IMG/VR virus record: IMGVR_UViG_3300042542_006078 | Source: a virus | Lineage: Duplodnaviria > Caudoviricetes | DNA: 64,000 nucleotides | Reading direction: 5' to 3' (one strand) | Shown here: positions 48,446-57,884 of the stretch, piece by piece | How the letters are laid out: each line of letters starts with the position of its first letter | How positions within the stretch are numbered: position 1 is the stretch's first letter | Position numbers and translations under genes: made by a program | Notes under the pieces: generated by a model | What the model saw: the letters and a program-made list of their open reading frames with translations, nothing else | Database searches by the model: none | Told to the model about the DNA's origin: nothing

Positions 48446-48985
48446 ATGGCTGACGACTACACGATACTGAACCCCGGCGTTGGCGGGGATGTCATGGATG
48501 AGACATTAGTTGTCTATCCATCAGCGCCAACTAACCGAAAAAGACCAAGGGTTGTTATCACAGGCGAAGGCATTGATGATATAGTCCCTGCTCAAATTAT
48601 ACCAACAGATGGATCGGAATTTGGTCTTGTCACAAGACCAATTGTTCCTAATTATCCCGGCACAGAAGCTAATACATTCGGAATAGTCAGTTTAGTTCTC
48701 ACTGGAATCGAAACAACAGTTGTTACTTATACAGTTCCTGTCAACAAAACTTTTTATTTTATCGGACTCAATACAAGCGGCAACGCAAATGCTTTGTATA
48801 AGTTATATGTAGACGGAAGCGCAATAATAGCAGGAAGAAGCTCAGTTGCAAACCTAACCCTTAATTTAACCTACTCTTATTCACCAATTAAAGTTGTTGC
48901 CGGAGATACAATTGCCATTAAAGTCACACATGAAGCCGGTGTTTCTTGTGACTTTGAAGGAACAATACTCGGTTATACATTATGA
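48446..48985 (+). CDS. Putative virion protein
   Basis: SD GAGGAG; C-terminal domain resembles that of 25003..26940. Confidence 0.6.
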   Translation: MADDYTILNPGVGGDVMDETLVVYPSAPTNRKRPRVVITGEGIDDIVPAQIIPTDGSEFGLVTRPIVPNYPGTEANTFGIVSLVLTGIETTVVTYTVPVNKTFYFIGLNTSGNANALYKLYVDGSAIIAGRSSVANLTLNLTYSYSPIKVVAGDTIAIKVTHEAGVSCDFEGTILGYTL

Positions 48986-50046
48986 TATTCCTTGTTCTTC
49001 CATACAACCTTTACACCGGATGGGGTGTTTGTTCAATTAATTTAGCCAAAGAAATTTGTAAAAAACACAAAGTCAAATATGTCAGCGATGAACTCATAGA
49101 CCAATTCAAACACAACGCATTATCACATTCTTTTTTCACAAGCATCAAATTTGACAACAAAGATTTTCTGAAAACCCAAAAAGACCACCCAATAATACAA
49201 GGTGTCCAACACGATCTGTCTCCATACTTGGGATACTTTTCAGGATCTAAAAAAATAGCAATCACATTCGCAGACAGAGAAATTCCAAAAGAATTAGTCA
49301 ATAAAGCCAATGATCATTACGACCATATCATCGCCGGTTCAGAATGGTGCAAAAATCTTCTTCAACAACATAATGTAAAATCAACAGTAATACACCAAGG
49401 AATAGACCCGCTAATCTTCAATTCATCCAGAAAAGATAAGAACTTTTTTCTGGATGACTTCCTCATCTTTTCAGGAGGAAAATTTGAAGAAAGAAAAGGA
49501 CAAGATATTCTCATCAAAGCCTACAAAGTAATCCAAGATCGTTACCCAGATGTAAAATTAGTTTGTAGCTGGTACAACGCCTACACAGGAAAATGCGGGA
49601 AAGAAGAATTAGAAAAATATGGAATTGATTTGAACAGAGTAATATTCATTCCACTCTCAGCAAACAATAATATGGTCGAAATTTATCAAAACACCGATAT
49701 CGGAGTTTTCCCATCAAGATGCGAAGCTGGAACAAACCTCGTAATGATGGAATATATGGCTTGCGGCAAAACAGCTATTTCTTCAGTGGAAACCGGACAA
49801 AAAGATCTGATAACCAAAAAAAATGGACTCTCTCTCAAATCAAAAGGCGAATTTTTACTTAAAGATGAAAAAGGAAAGGTCGTTTCAATTTGGGAAGAAC
49901 CAGATTCCGATCATCTTATCGAACTATTAGATTGGTCTTACAACAATAGAGAAAAATTAACCAATTATGGATTAGAAGCATCAAAGACCATGGCCAAGAA
50001 AACTTGGGAACACATGGCCTCTTCTCTTGAAAAATTAATTATTTAA
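48982..50046 (+). CDS. GT-B glycosyltransferase (GT4-like)
   Basis: FSGGKFEERKGQD, FPSRCEAGTNLVMMEYMACG. Confidence 0.88.
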   Translation: MIFLVLPYNLYTGWGVCSINLAKEICKKHKVKYVSDELIDQFKHNALSHSFFTSIKFDNKDFLKTQKDHPIIQGVQHDLSPYLGYFSGSKKIAITFADREIPKELVNKANDHYDHIIAGSEWCKNLLQQHNVKSTVIHQGIDPLIFNSSRKDKNFFLDDFLIFSGGKFEERKGQDILIKAYKVIQDRYPDVKLVCSWYNAYTGKCGKEELEKYGIDLNRVIFIPLSANNNMVEIYQNTDIGVFPSRCEAGTNLVMMEYMACGKTAISSVETGQKDLITKKNGLSLKSKGEFLLKDEKGKVVSIWEEPDSDHLIELLDWSYNNREKLTNYGLEASKTMAKKTWEHMASSLEKLII

Positions 50047-50062
50047 CCAACAAGGAAAATAT

Positions 50063-53000
50063 TTAGCTGGATGCGCTTTCTTTCCACTTCTCCCAGAACC
50101 TTGTGTTACTAATCATTTCTTGATAAGTGTGCTTGGCAAATCGCCTGTTCAAACGACCTTTTCTAATTCCTGATATTCTTACCACTATTTCAACTTGCTT
50201 GTTCTTCAGGTCTTCTCCAATAGCCTCAACAACCAAAGAATTCTTGGAAATGTAAGCCCCAACCAAAACTGGTGATGAACCAACTGCGCTTGTCACCTTG
50301 ATAGTGTCTTTTTCACAAACCTGTATGAATCTGTCATCAAGGAATGTCAAAATTGTATCACGATCAAGGCCACTTCCTCCAACCTTTACTACCATAATGT
50401 CTTCAAACCTTACCTCTGGCATCTCAACGCAAATTAGTTCGACATATTCCTCATAACCTTGTGATGTTACAACTGGAAGAATCGCATACTTGTCTCCCTG
50501 TGATCCTTGTGATCCCTGTGATCCCTGTGATCCCTGTGCGCCCGCAGAGCCTTGAAGACCACCAGAAGAACCTTGGTAGCCAGATTGTCCCTGTGCGCCC
50601 GCAGAGCCTTGAGACCCACTAAACCCATTTTGACCTTGATAACCAATATTCCCCGGATTTCCCTGATATCCAACAGCGGGAGGCATAACAAGAATATTCA
50701 AATTTTGATTATTTGAAGGAAGAGCTAAAGAACCAGAAACCAAACCAACAGGAACTACCCAATAACCACCAGCAGAAGATGGAAAATTGGTAACTTGATA
50801 AACATAAATTATACTTCCGCTACCATTTTCTTGAATATAAATGTAAGAGCCATAAGTTCCTCCTACAACAGGATAAATGAAAAGATTACCAATAATACTG
50901 TTTAAGTTATTACCAAAAACATCTAAGTTATCAATGTAAATTTGAGAGACTGCGGATGGATCAGAAGGATGGTTAAATCTCAAATATCCTTGACCGGGAT
51001 CAGAGTTTGTAGTCGATGTGCTAAACTGATACTTGATTCCACCCTTGTCTCCAAGACTACCCTGATTGCCCTGATTTCCCTGATTGCCTTGCGATCCTTG
51101 AAATCCTTGTAAACCAATTGAACCTTTAGGAGCAAACATGATGCTCAATGACTGACCATTTGTGGGAACTGTACCAGATAATCCAGAAACAGGGATCTTG
51201 TAATATCCAGCAGCAACTATAATTGTTCCAACTACAGTAAATGTGACTATAGTATTGCCAGCATCATTTCCAGCAACATAAATGTATCCAGCATATCCAT
51301 CTAAAATACTATAATTCAGATCAAATGTTGTAATCCATCCAGCTTGATTAATGCTATTTGCATCTGTATTGCTAATGTATATGAATAAAATACTTGGAAT
51401 GGAAGCATTGCTAAATCTAACATATCCACTACCGGGATTTGTATCGCTTACTAAATTGCTAAATGTATACTTTACGCCGCCTTTATCACCAATTCCTTGA
51501 TTGCCCTGATTTCCTTGAGCGCCCTGAAATCCTTGAAATCCAATATTACCTTGATATCCTTGAAGTCCTTGAAGACCTTGATGGCCTTGGAATCCATCAG
51601 CAGGGCCTTGGAATCCTTGATTTCCTTGGTTGCCTTGAGCGCCTTGGAATCCATCAGGAGTTCCTTGATAACCTTGCTGACCTTGGTTTCCTTGATTACC
51701 TTGTTCTCCCTGATGACCTTGCTGACCTTGATTGCCCTGATTTCCCTGATGTCCTTGATATCCGTCAGCAGGGCCTTGGAATCCTTGATTGCCTTGGTTT
51801 CCTTGGTGACCCTGATTTCCTTGATTGCCTTGGTTTCCTTGGTGACCCTGATTTCCTTGATTGCCTTGGAATCCTTGATCGCCTTGGTTTCCTTGGCGAC
51901 CTTGATTGCCTTGGTTTCCCTGATTGCCTTGGTTTCCTTGACGACCTTGGTTTCCTTGGTTTCCCTGATTGCCTTGGTTTCCTTGACGACCTTGGTTTCC
52001 TTGACGACCTTGGTTTCCTTGATACCCTTGATAGCCACCACCTTGATATCCTTGTGATCCTTGATATCCTTGTTGTCCTTGATAACCCTGATATCCTTGT
52101 TGTCCTTGATATCCTTGTTGTCCTTGATATCCTTGTTGTCCTTGATAACCCTGATATCCTTGTGATCCTTGGTATCCTTGTGATCCTTGGTTTCCTTGGT
52201 TTCCTTGGTTGCCTTGGTTTCCTTGACTTCCCTGATTTCCCTGTTGTCCTTGAAGTCCTTGATAACCTTGATATCCTTGTTGTCCTTGGTATCCTTGGTA
52301 TGCTTGATAGCCTTGATATCCTTGAAAACCCGATGATCCCGATGATCCTGCTAGACCTTGGTATCCAAGATCTCCTTGATAACCAATGTTTCCTTGATTT
52401 CCCTGATTTCCTTGTTGCCCTTGATATCCAATTAGTCCTTGAAGACCAATAAAACCTTGGTTTCCTTGGTTTCCTTGGTTTCCTTGGTTTCCTTGATTTC
52501 CTTGATTTCCTTGGATGCCTTGTGGTCCTGCATTTCCTTGATATCCTTGTTCTCCAAGAATGCCTTGTGGTCCTAAAGGACCAGCAATTCCTTGGGGTCC
52601 AGTTATACCTGTCTGACCTATAAGACCCTGTTCTCCCTGTTCGCCTTGCTCTCCCTGAGGGCCTTGACTTCCTGTTGAGCCTTGTCTTCCTTGATTTCCT
52701 TGCGATCCTTGGTTTCCTTGTGTTCCTTGATATCCAATATTTCCTTGATAACCAATTAGCCCTTGATTTCCTTGTTGTCCTTGGTTTCCTTGGTTTCCTT
52801 GTGATCCTTGATATCCAATATCTCCTTGATATCCTTGATCTCCCTGATTTCCTTGTCTGCCCTGATTTCCTTGGTTACCTTGATTGCCTTGGCGACCTTG
52901 ATTTCCTTGCGATCCTTGCAGGCCAATATCTCCTTGATATCCTTGTTCGCCTTGATTTCCTTGTTCGCCCTGATATCCTTGATCTCCTTGTCTTCCTTGC

Positions 53001-53938
53001 CTTCCCTGTCTTCCTTGGTTGCCTTGCGATCCCTGCGATCCTGTATCGCCTTGTGATCCAGTTAATCCCTGAATGCCTTGATATCCTTGTAAACCAAAAT
53101 CACCTTGATTTCCTTGTAAACCAATTTGGCCTTGATAGCCAATTTGGCCTTGATGGCCTTGGCGACCTTGATTTCCCTGTCGTCCTTGGTTTCCTTGAAC
53201 TCCCTGTAGACCTAAAATTCCTTGGTATCCTTGTCTTCCTTGGAATCCCTGAAGTCCTGTTGTTCCTTGATTGCCTTGTAATCCTGTTCCAATAGAGCCC
53301 TGTAGGCCTTGAACTCCTGTTATTCCTTGGTTTCCTTGACTGCCAGATGTTCCTTGGAATCCTTGATTGCCTCTTCCTCCTTGCAATCCTTGAAGTCCAG
53401 TCGCTCCTTGAACACCTTGTGCGCCATCTCCTCCTTGGTTGCCCTGACTACCTTGAAATCCTGCTCCAATTACACCTTGGAAACCTTGATTGCCTTGCTC
53501 GCCCTGATATCCAGCACCTTGAGTTCCTTGATTGCCTTGATTTCCTTGAATGCCTTGTAGACCTTGATTTCCTTGTTCTCCTTGCTCTCCTTGGTATCCT
53601 GCTGGTGTTCCTTGATAACCAACAATTCCTTGCAATCCTTGAAGACCAACTACACCTTGGCGACCTTGATTTCCTTGGTTTCCTTGTGATCCTTGTACTG
53701 TGCTTGGCGAACCTTGGGCTCCTTGTGATCCTGCTCTTCCCTGTTGGCCTTGTAGACCTTGTGATCCGGGTGTGCCTTGCGAACCTTGAGGGCCTGTTAT
53801 ATCTTGTCCAATATTTGCAGAAACAACAAAATCACGCAAATCTTGTGCTGAAATGCCACCTTGATTGTTATCGGCAAATATGCACAATAACTCCTCTTCG
53901 GTCCTGAAAGTTCCAGATTGGTTGCATTGATTTGCCAT
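50063..53938 (-). CDS. Collagen-like fibre protein (Gly-X-Gln), with two inserted globular domains
   Basis: Long G-X-Q triplet tract; two GDKGG[VI]KY-F domains; C-terminal [11 protein letters not shown] domain. Confidence 0.85.
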   Translation of the reverse strand: MANQCNQSGTFRTEEELLCIFADNNQGGISAQDLRDFVVSANIGQDITGPQGSQGTPGSQGLQGQQGRAGSQGAQGSPSTVQGSQGNQGNQGRQGVVGLQGLQGIVGYQGTPAGYQGEQGEQGNQGLQGIQGNQGNQGTQGAGYQGEQGNQGFQGVIGAGFQGSQGNQGGDGAQGVQGATGLQGLQGGRGNQGFQGTSGSQGNQGITGVQGLQGSIGTGLQGNQGTTGLQGFQGRQGYQGILGLQGVQGNQGRQGNQGRQGHQGQIGYQGQIGLQGNQGDFGLQGYQGIQGLTGSQGDTGSQGSQGNQGRQGRQGRQGDQGYQGEQGNQGEQGYQGDIGLQGSQGNQGRQGNQGNQGNQGRQGNQGDQGYQGDIGYQGSQGNQGNQGQQGNQGLIGYQGNIGYQGTQGNQGSQGNQGRQGSTGSQGPQGEQGEQGEQGLIGQTGITGPQGIAGPLGPQGILGEQGYQGNAGPQGIQGNQGNQGNQGNQGNQGNQGFIGLQGLIGYQGQQGNQGNQGNIGYQGDLGYQGLAGSSGSSGFQGYQGYQAYQGYQGQQGYQGYQGLQGQQGNQGSQGNQGNQGNQGNQGSQGYQGSQGYQGYQGQQGYQGQQGYQGQQGYQGYQGQQGYQGSQGYQGGGYQGYQGNQGRQGNQGRQGNQGNQGNQGNQGRQGNQGNQGNQGNQGRQGNQGDQGFQGNQGNQGHQGNQGNQGNQGHQGNQGNQGFQGPADGYQGHQGNQGNQGQQGHQGEQGNQGNQGQQGYQGTPDGFQGAQGNQGNQGFQGPADGFQGHQGLQGLQGYQGNIGFQGFQGAQGNQGNQGIGDKGGVKYTFSNLVSDTNPGSGYVRFSNASIPSILFIYISNTDANSINQAGWITTFDLNYSILDGYAGYIYVAGNDAGNTIVTFTVVGTIIVAAGYYKIPVSGLSGTVPTNGQSLSIMFAPKGSIGLQGFQGSQGNQGNQGNQGSLGDKGGIKYQFSTSTTNSDPGQGYLRFNHPSDPSAVSQIYIDNLDVFGNNLNSIIGNLFIYPVVGGTYGSYIYIQENGSGSIIYVYQVTNFPSSAGGYWVVPVGLVSGSLALPSNNQNLNILVMPPAVGYQGNPGNIGYQGQNGFSGSQGSAGAQGQSGYQGSSGGLQGSAGAQGSQGSQGSQGSQGDKYAILPVVTSQGYEEYVELICVEMPEVRFEDIMVVKVGGSGLDRDTILTFLDDRFIQVCEKDTIKVTSAVGSSPVLVGAYISKNSLVVEAIGEDLKNKQVEIVVRISGIRKGRLNRRFAKHTYQEMISNTRFWEKWKESASS

Positions 53939-53952
53939 CTTAGATTCCCTGT

Positions 53953-56289
53953 TTATTTCCAGCTATTCCAGAAATTGTTGTTCTTAATCATTTCTTCGTA
54001 AGTGTGAGTAAAGAATCGTCCTTTGACACCAATTCTTATTCCAGATAATCTCAATATTACTTTTACTTTTTCATTTTCAAGAAAATCACCATGAGCCTCG
54101 ATTAATACTTTGTCGCCATTAACATCTACTCCTGCCGATATAGGTTTTGATGTTACTATTCCAGTAACAATAATTGAGTCTTGTTCACAAACCTTGATAA
54201 ACTTTTCTTCAATTTGATGACTTTCCTTGATTACATTAGTTCCATTTCCACCTATATGAATAATCATGATGTCTTCAAATCTTACTTCTGGCATCTCGAC
54301 ACATGACAAAGCAACATACTCTTCATTGTCTTCGTAGCGAAGAGTAATAATTGCATTTTTCACACCAGCCGGACCTTGCGATCCTGTTGGCCCCTGATAT
54401 CCTGCTCGTCCTTGGCGACCTTGTACTCCCGCAATTCCTTGTCTTCCTTGAATTCCTTGTCTTCCTTGGTGTCCCTGATTTCCTTGTAATCCTTGTAATC
54501 CTTGACGGCCTTGAAATCCTTGACGGCCCTGATTGCCTTGATAGCCTTGGTTGCCTTGGTTGCCTTGATTTCCTTGATTTCCTTGATTTCCTTGATTTCC
54601 TTGACGACCCTGATTTCCTTGACGACCCTGATTTCCTTGATTTCCTTGACGGCCTTGATTTCCTTGATTGCCTTGATTTCCTTGATTTCCTTGACGACCT
54701 TGGTTTCCCTGATTTCCCTGATTTCCTTGATTTCCTTGGAATCCTTGATTTCCTTGATTTCCCTGATTTCCCTGATTTCCTTGGTTGCCTTGGTTGCCTT
54801 GGTTACCTTGGTTACCTTGGTTGCCTTGGTGGCCTTGATTTCCCTGCTCTCCTTGACGACCTTGGTTTCCTTGATTGCCTTGGTTACCTTGATTGCCTTG
54901 GCGACCTTGATTGCCTTGATGGCCTTGGTTGCCTTGGTTCCCCTGATTTCCTTGGTTGCCTTGACGACCTTGATTACCTTGACGACCTTGATGGCCTTGG
55001 TTGCCTTGGTTTCCTTGGTTTCCTTGATATCCTTGTGGACCTTGATTTCCTTGACGGCCTTGATTTCCTTGATTTCCTTGACGGCCTTGGTTGCCTTGGT
55101 TTCCTTGGTATCCTTGTGGACCTTGATTACCTTGATTTCCTTGGCGACCTTGATTACCTTGATTTCCTTGGCGACCTTGATTGCCTTGGCTACCTTGGTT
55201 TCCAATAAATCCTTGAAGACCAATAAGACCTTGGTTGCCTTGATTTCCTTGATTGCCTTGTATTCCTTGTCTTCCTTGATATCCTTGTCTTCCTTGATGC
55301 CCTTGTCTTCCTTGATATCCTTGATCTCCCTGACTTCCTTGTGGTCCAGCCGATCCAACAACTCCTTGTCTTCCTTGAGATCCTTGTTGTCCCAAAACGC
55401 CTTGACGGCCTTGGCTACCTTGTATTCCTTGTCTACCTTGAAAACCCTGACTACCTTGTCTTCCTTGGTGTCCTTGATATCCCTGTTCGCCTTGATTTCC
55501 TTGGTTTCCTTGTGAGCCTTGATTTCCTTGGTTTCCTTGTGAGCCTTGAAATCCTGCGCCCTGAAAACCTTGATATCCTCCAACTGTCCCTTGAAATCCA
55601 ATTGATCCTTGTCTTCCTTGTGATCCTTGATTGCCCTGAGATCCAGTTCCTTGATAACCTTGAAAACCTCTGAATCCGGCAGAACCTTGTCTTCCTTGAT
55701 TGCCTTGTACTCCTTGCGCTCCTTTTCCTCCTAATGAACCTTGAAGTCCTTGAAGACCTTGTAGTCCCTGAGCGCCATCATATCCCTGATATCCTTGATT
55801 TCCTTGGAATCCAGCACCTTGGACACCTTGATTTCCTTGTTGTCCTTGTACTCCAATATTTCCTTGAAGACCTTGAAGACCTTGAAGACCAAATCCTTGA
55901 AGACCTTGATTTCCTTGCTCTCCCTGTTCGCCCTGATATCCAGCAGGAGTGCCTTGAAAACCAAGAATTCCTTGAAGGCCTTGAAGGCCAACTATTCCTT
56001 GGTTTCCTTGTATACCTTGGTTTCCTTGATTTCCTTGTGGACCCGGCACAATACTTGGATCACCTTGGGCTCCTTGTGATCCTGCTCTTCCCTGTTGGCC
56101 TTGCAGGCCTTGCGATCCGTGGGCACCTTGTGATCCTTGTGGACCTGTTATATCTTGTCCGACATTCGCAGAAACAACAAAATCACGCAAATCTTGCGCT
56201 GAAATACCGCCTTGGTTGTTATCAGCAAATATGCACAATAACTCCTCTTCGGTTCTTAAAGTTCCAGATTGATTACATTGATTTGCCAT
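53953..56289 (-). CDS. Collagen-like fibre protein (Gly-X-Gln), paralog
   Basis: Near-identical N-terminus [10 protein letters not shown]..., (GNQ/GRQ)n tract, same [12 protein letters not shown]-terminal domain. Confidence 0.85.
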   Translation of the reverse strand: MANQCNQSGTLRTEEELLCIFADNNQGGISAQDLRDFVVSANVGQDITGPQGSQGAHGSQGLQGQQGRAGSQGAQGDPSIVPGPQGNQGNQGIQGNQGIVGLQGLQGILGFQGTPAGYQGEQGEQGNQGLQGFGLQGLQGLQGNIGVQGQQGNQGVQGAGFQGNQGYQGYDGAQGLQGLQGLQGSLGGKGAQGVQGNQGRQGSAGFRGFQGYQGTGSQGNQGSQGRQGSIGFQGTVGGYQGFQGAGFQGSQGNQGNQGSQGNQGNQGEQGYQGHQGRQGSQGFQGRQGIQGSQGRQGVLGQQGSQGRQGVVGSAGPQGSQGDQGYQGRQGHQGRQGYQGRQGIQGNQGNQGNQGLIGLQGFIGNQGSQGNQGRQGNQGNQGRQGNQGNQGPQGYQGNQGNQGRQGNQGNQGRQGNQGPQGYQGNQGNQGNQGHQGRQGNQGRQGNQGNQGNQGNQGHQGNQGRQGNQGNQGNQGNQGRQGEQGNQGHQGNQGNQGNQGNQGNQGNQGNQGNQGNQGFQGNQGNQGNQGNQGRQGNQGNQGNQGNQGRQGNQGNQGRQGNQGRQGNQGNQGNQGNQGNQGNQGYQGNQGRQGFQGRQGLQGLQGNQGHQGRQGIQGRQGIAGVQGRQGRAGYQGPTGSQGPAGVKNAIITLRYEDNEEYVALSCVEMPEVRFEDIMIIHIGGNGTNVIKESHQIEEKFIKVCEQDSIIVTGIVTSKPISAGVDVNGDKVLIEAHGDFLENEKVKVILRLSGIRIGVKGRFFTHTYEEMIKNNNFWNSWK

Positions 56290-56301
56290 TTTTGGGGCCT
56301 A

Positions 56302-56550
56302 TTATTTGAATCCAGTTGAAAATGAAACACTAAATACCTTATTAGTACCGCCAGCAGCACTTTGTTTTATAAACTGACAATCTTCGTATGCTGTTTGATA
56401 GATTGCAGGATATGGCAAATAAGCTCCATCGCTTCTGTCTGGAACACATACCTCGATCTTTTTATATGGCGGACACAAGAAAAGAGACTGCGGTTTAATA
56501 CAGCAATCCCTTAACTCTGGAGGAATGTCACAAGCATTTGTAATATCCAT
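56302..56550 (-). CDS. Small hypothetical protein leading the collagen operon
   Basis: 82 aa, Cys-containing, SD AAGGAAGG. Confidence 0.55.
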   Translation of the reverse strand: MDITNACDIPPELRDCCIKPQSLFLCPPYKKIEVCVPDRSDGAYLPYPAIYQTAYEDCQFIKQSAAGGTNKVFSVSFSTGFK

Positions 56551-56657
56551 AAAACCTTCCTTAACCGTTTCAAAAACGGATCTTTTTGAAATAGCAATAA
56601 TTGCATAAGCATCCTTGCCAGCACTTCCTTATCTATTTATTTATCAATGTAATATAT

Positions 56658-56951
56658 CTATTTTTTGGCTTCTTTTGATATTAATCTTATAATATCTTCC
56701 AGCGTACCATCTCTACTCATGATTTTGCCCTTAACAGAACTCTGGACATCATCACTTAAATTCTTGAATTCTCCCAAGGAATTCAAAGCATCAACTAAAT
56801 TGTCTGGTGGTTTCCACATTTTCAAAGAACTTGAAATGTTATAATCTTCCTTTTTTTTACCAGAATTTAATTTTCCAAGAATCAAGTCCTTGTAAAACTC
56901 GTAATCCTTCTGCTCGTCTTCAAACCAATTTTTGAAAAATAAATATTTCAT
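56658..56951 (-). CDS. Hypothetical protein with capsid-targeting-like N-terminus
   Basis: Likely start MKYLFFKNWFEDE. Confidence 0.55.
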   Translation of the reverse strand: MKYLFFKNWFEDEQKDYEFYKDLILGKLNSGKKKEDYNISSSLKMWKPPDNLVDALNSLGEFKNLSDDVQSSVKGKIMSRDGTLEDIIRLISKEAKK

Positions 56952-57000
56952 GATAAATCTTTTCTGCAATACAATTTACTGTTGCTGATATATAGATTAC

Positions 57001-57813
57001 ATGAACAGATTGTCTTTCAAAAAATGGCTTTTGAATGAAATGGCCAATTATGGCTTTGGTGATGCCAATAATCAAATTCTTGGTGGTACTGATGTCATGA
57101 AAGGAGATGGACTGTTCCAACACATAAAGCCAAACATCATAGTTAGTGAATTAATGCAAATGCCTCCTCTTGGACCTTTAGAAGCAACTAACCCAATAGA
57201 TGATGAAGTTCAATGGGGCAATGAAGTCGGCGCAATAAAGGTGATAATCACACCTCTTGGCTCAATGAGAGCATGTACAAAAAGAATGACAAAAGATCTT
57301 CAGGGAAACAAAACTTGGATTCTTGAGTCTGTTTATCCAATTAGCGACTACAAAGATGAAAATAAAGAAGTAGAAATTGCAAACAAAGTATTCGATGAAA
57401 TTGCCCGTATAACCAAAAGCCCCACAAATGGTCCTGATGGTGATTACGAAGACATTGAAAGATTGGCTCAAAAACTTTGGCACACAACTAAAAAGCAGCA
57501 TCCATCCTACATCATGTTTCCAACTCAACTGAGGAAACAAAAAGATAACTACTACAAACTTGTTTACGAGTTTCGTGGACAAGGAGTAGGATCGCCTTAT
57601 GGAGGCAAAACTGGAAGGGCAGAACAATTCGACATTGACTTGGTTTATTACCCGGAAAAAGGAATGATCAGGTGTTTTGGATATGACATTGAAAGCAGTT
57701 CAAGAGAGCGCAATTTTTATGTTCAGCCTTCTGAATGGGACGAATATTTCTCGCCAAAACAAGATGACAAATTAATTGTTGAAAATATTGTGAAACTCTT
57801 CTTGCAATACTGA
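57001..57813 (+). CDS. Hypothetical protein with capsid-targeting-like N-terminus
   Basis: Begins MNRLSFKKWLLNEMA. Confidence 0.65.
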   Translation: MNRLSFKKWLLNEMANYGFGDANNQILGGTDVMKGDGLFQHIKPNIIVSELMQMPPLGPLEATNPIDDEVQWGNEVGAIKVIITPLGSMRACTKRMTKDLQGNKTWILESVYPISDYKDENKEVEIANKVFDEIARITKSPTNGPDGDYEDIERLAQKLWHTTKKQHPSYIMFPTQLRKQKDNYYKLVYEFRGQGVGSPYGGKTGRAEQFDIDLVYYPEKGMIRCFGYDIESSSRERNFYVQPSEWDEYFSPKQDDKLIVENIVKLFLQY

Positions 57814-57831
57814 AAATAAAAAACATATAAT
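57802..57831 (+). promoter_or_regulatory. Putative sigma70 promoter for pyrB
   Basis: TTGCAA (57802-07)-18 nt-TATAAT (57826-31). Confidence 0.6.
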
Positions 57832-57849
57832 TTAATTGAACTTTTTTAT

Positions 57850-57884
57850 AAGTCCTTCTCCCGATTACACAAGAGGGATTTTTT
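57850..57884 (+). promoter_or_regulatory. Leader hairpin with T tract that sequesters the pyrB ribosome-binding site
   Basis: AAGTCCTTCT (57850-59) pairs with AGAGGGATTT (57872-81); T run ends at 57884, directly before GTG. Confidence 0.5.

Noticed and set aside
50467-56309. Long alternative-frame and antisense ORFs (up to 413 aa) over the collagen genes
   Set aside because: By-products of a 9-nt periodic repeat that lacks stop codons in other frames; translations are monotonous (IKE, LIS, LDF) and lack ribosome-binding sites.
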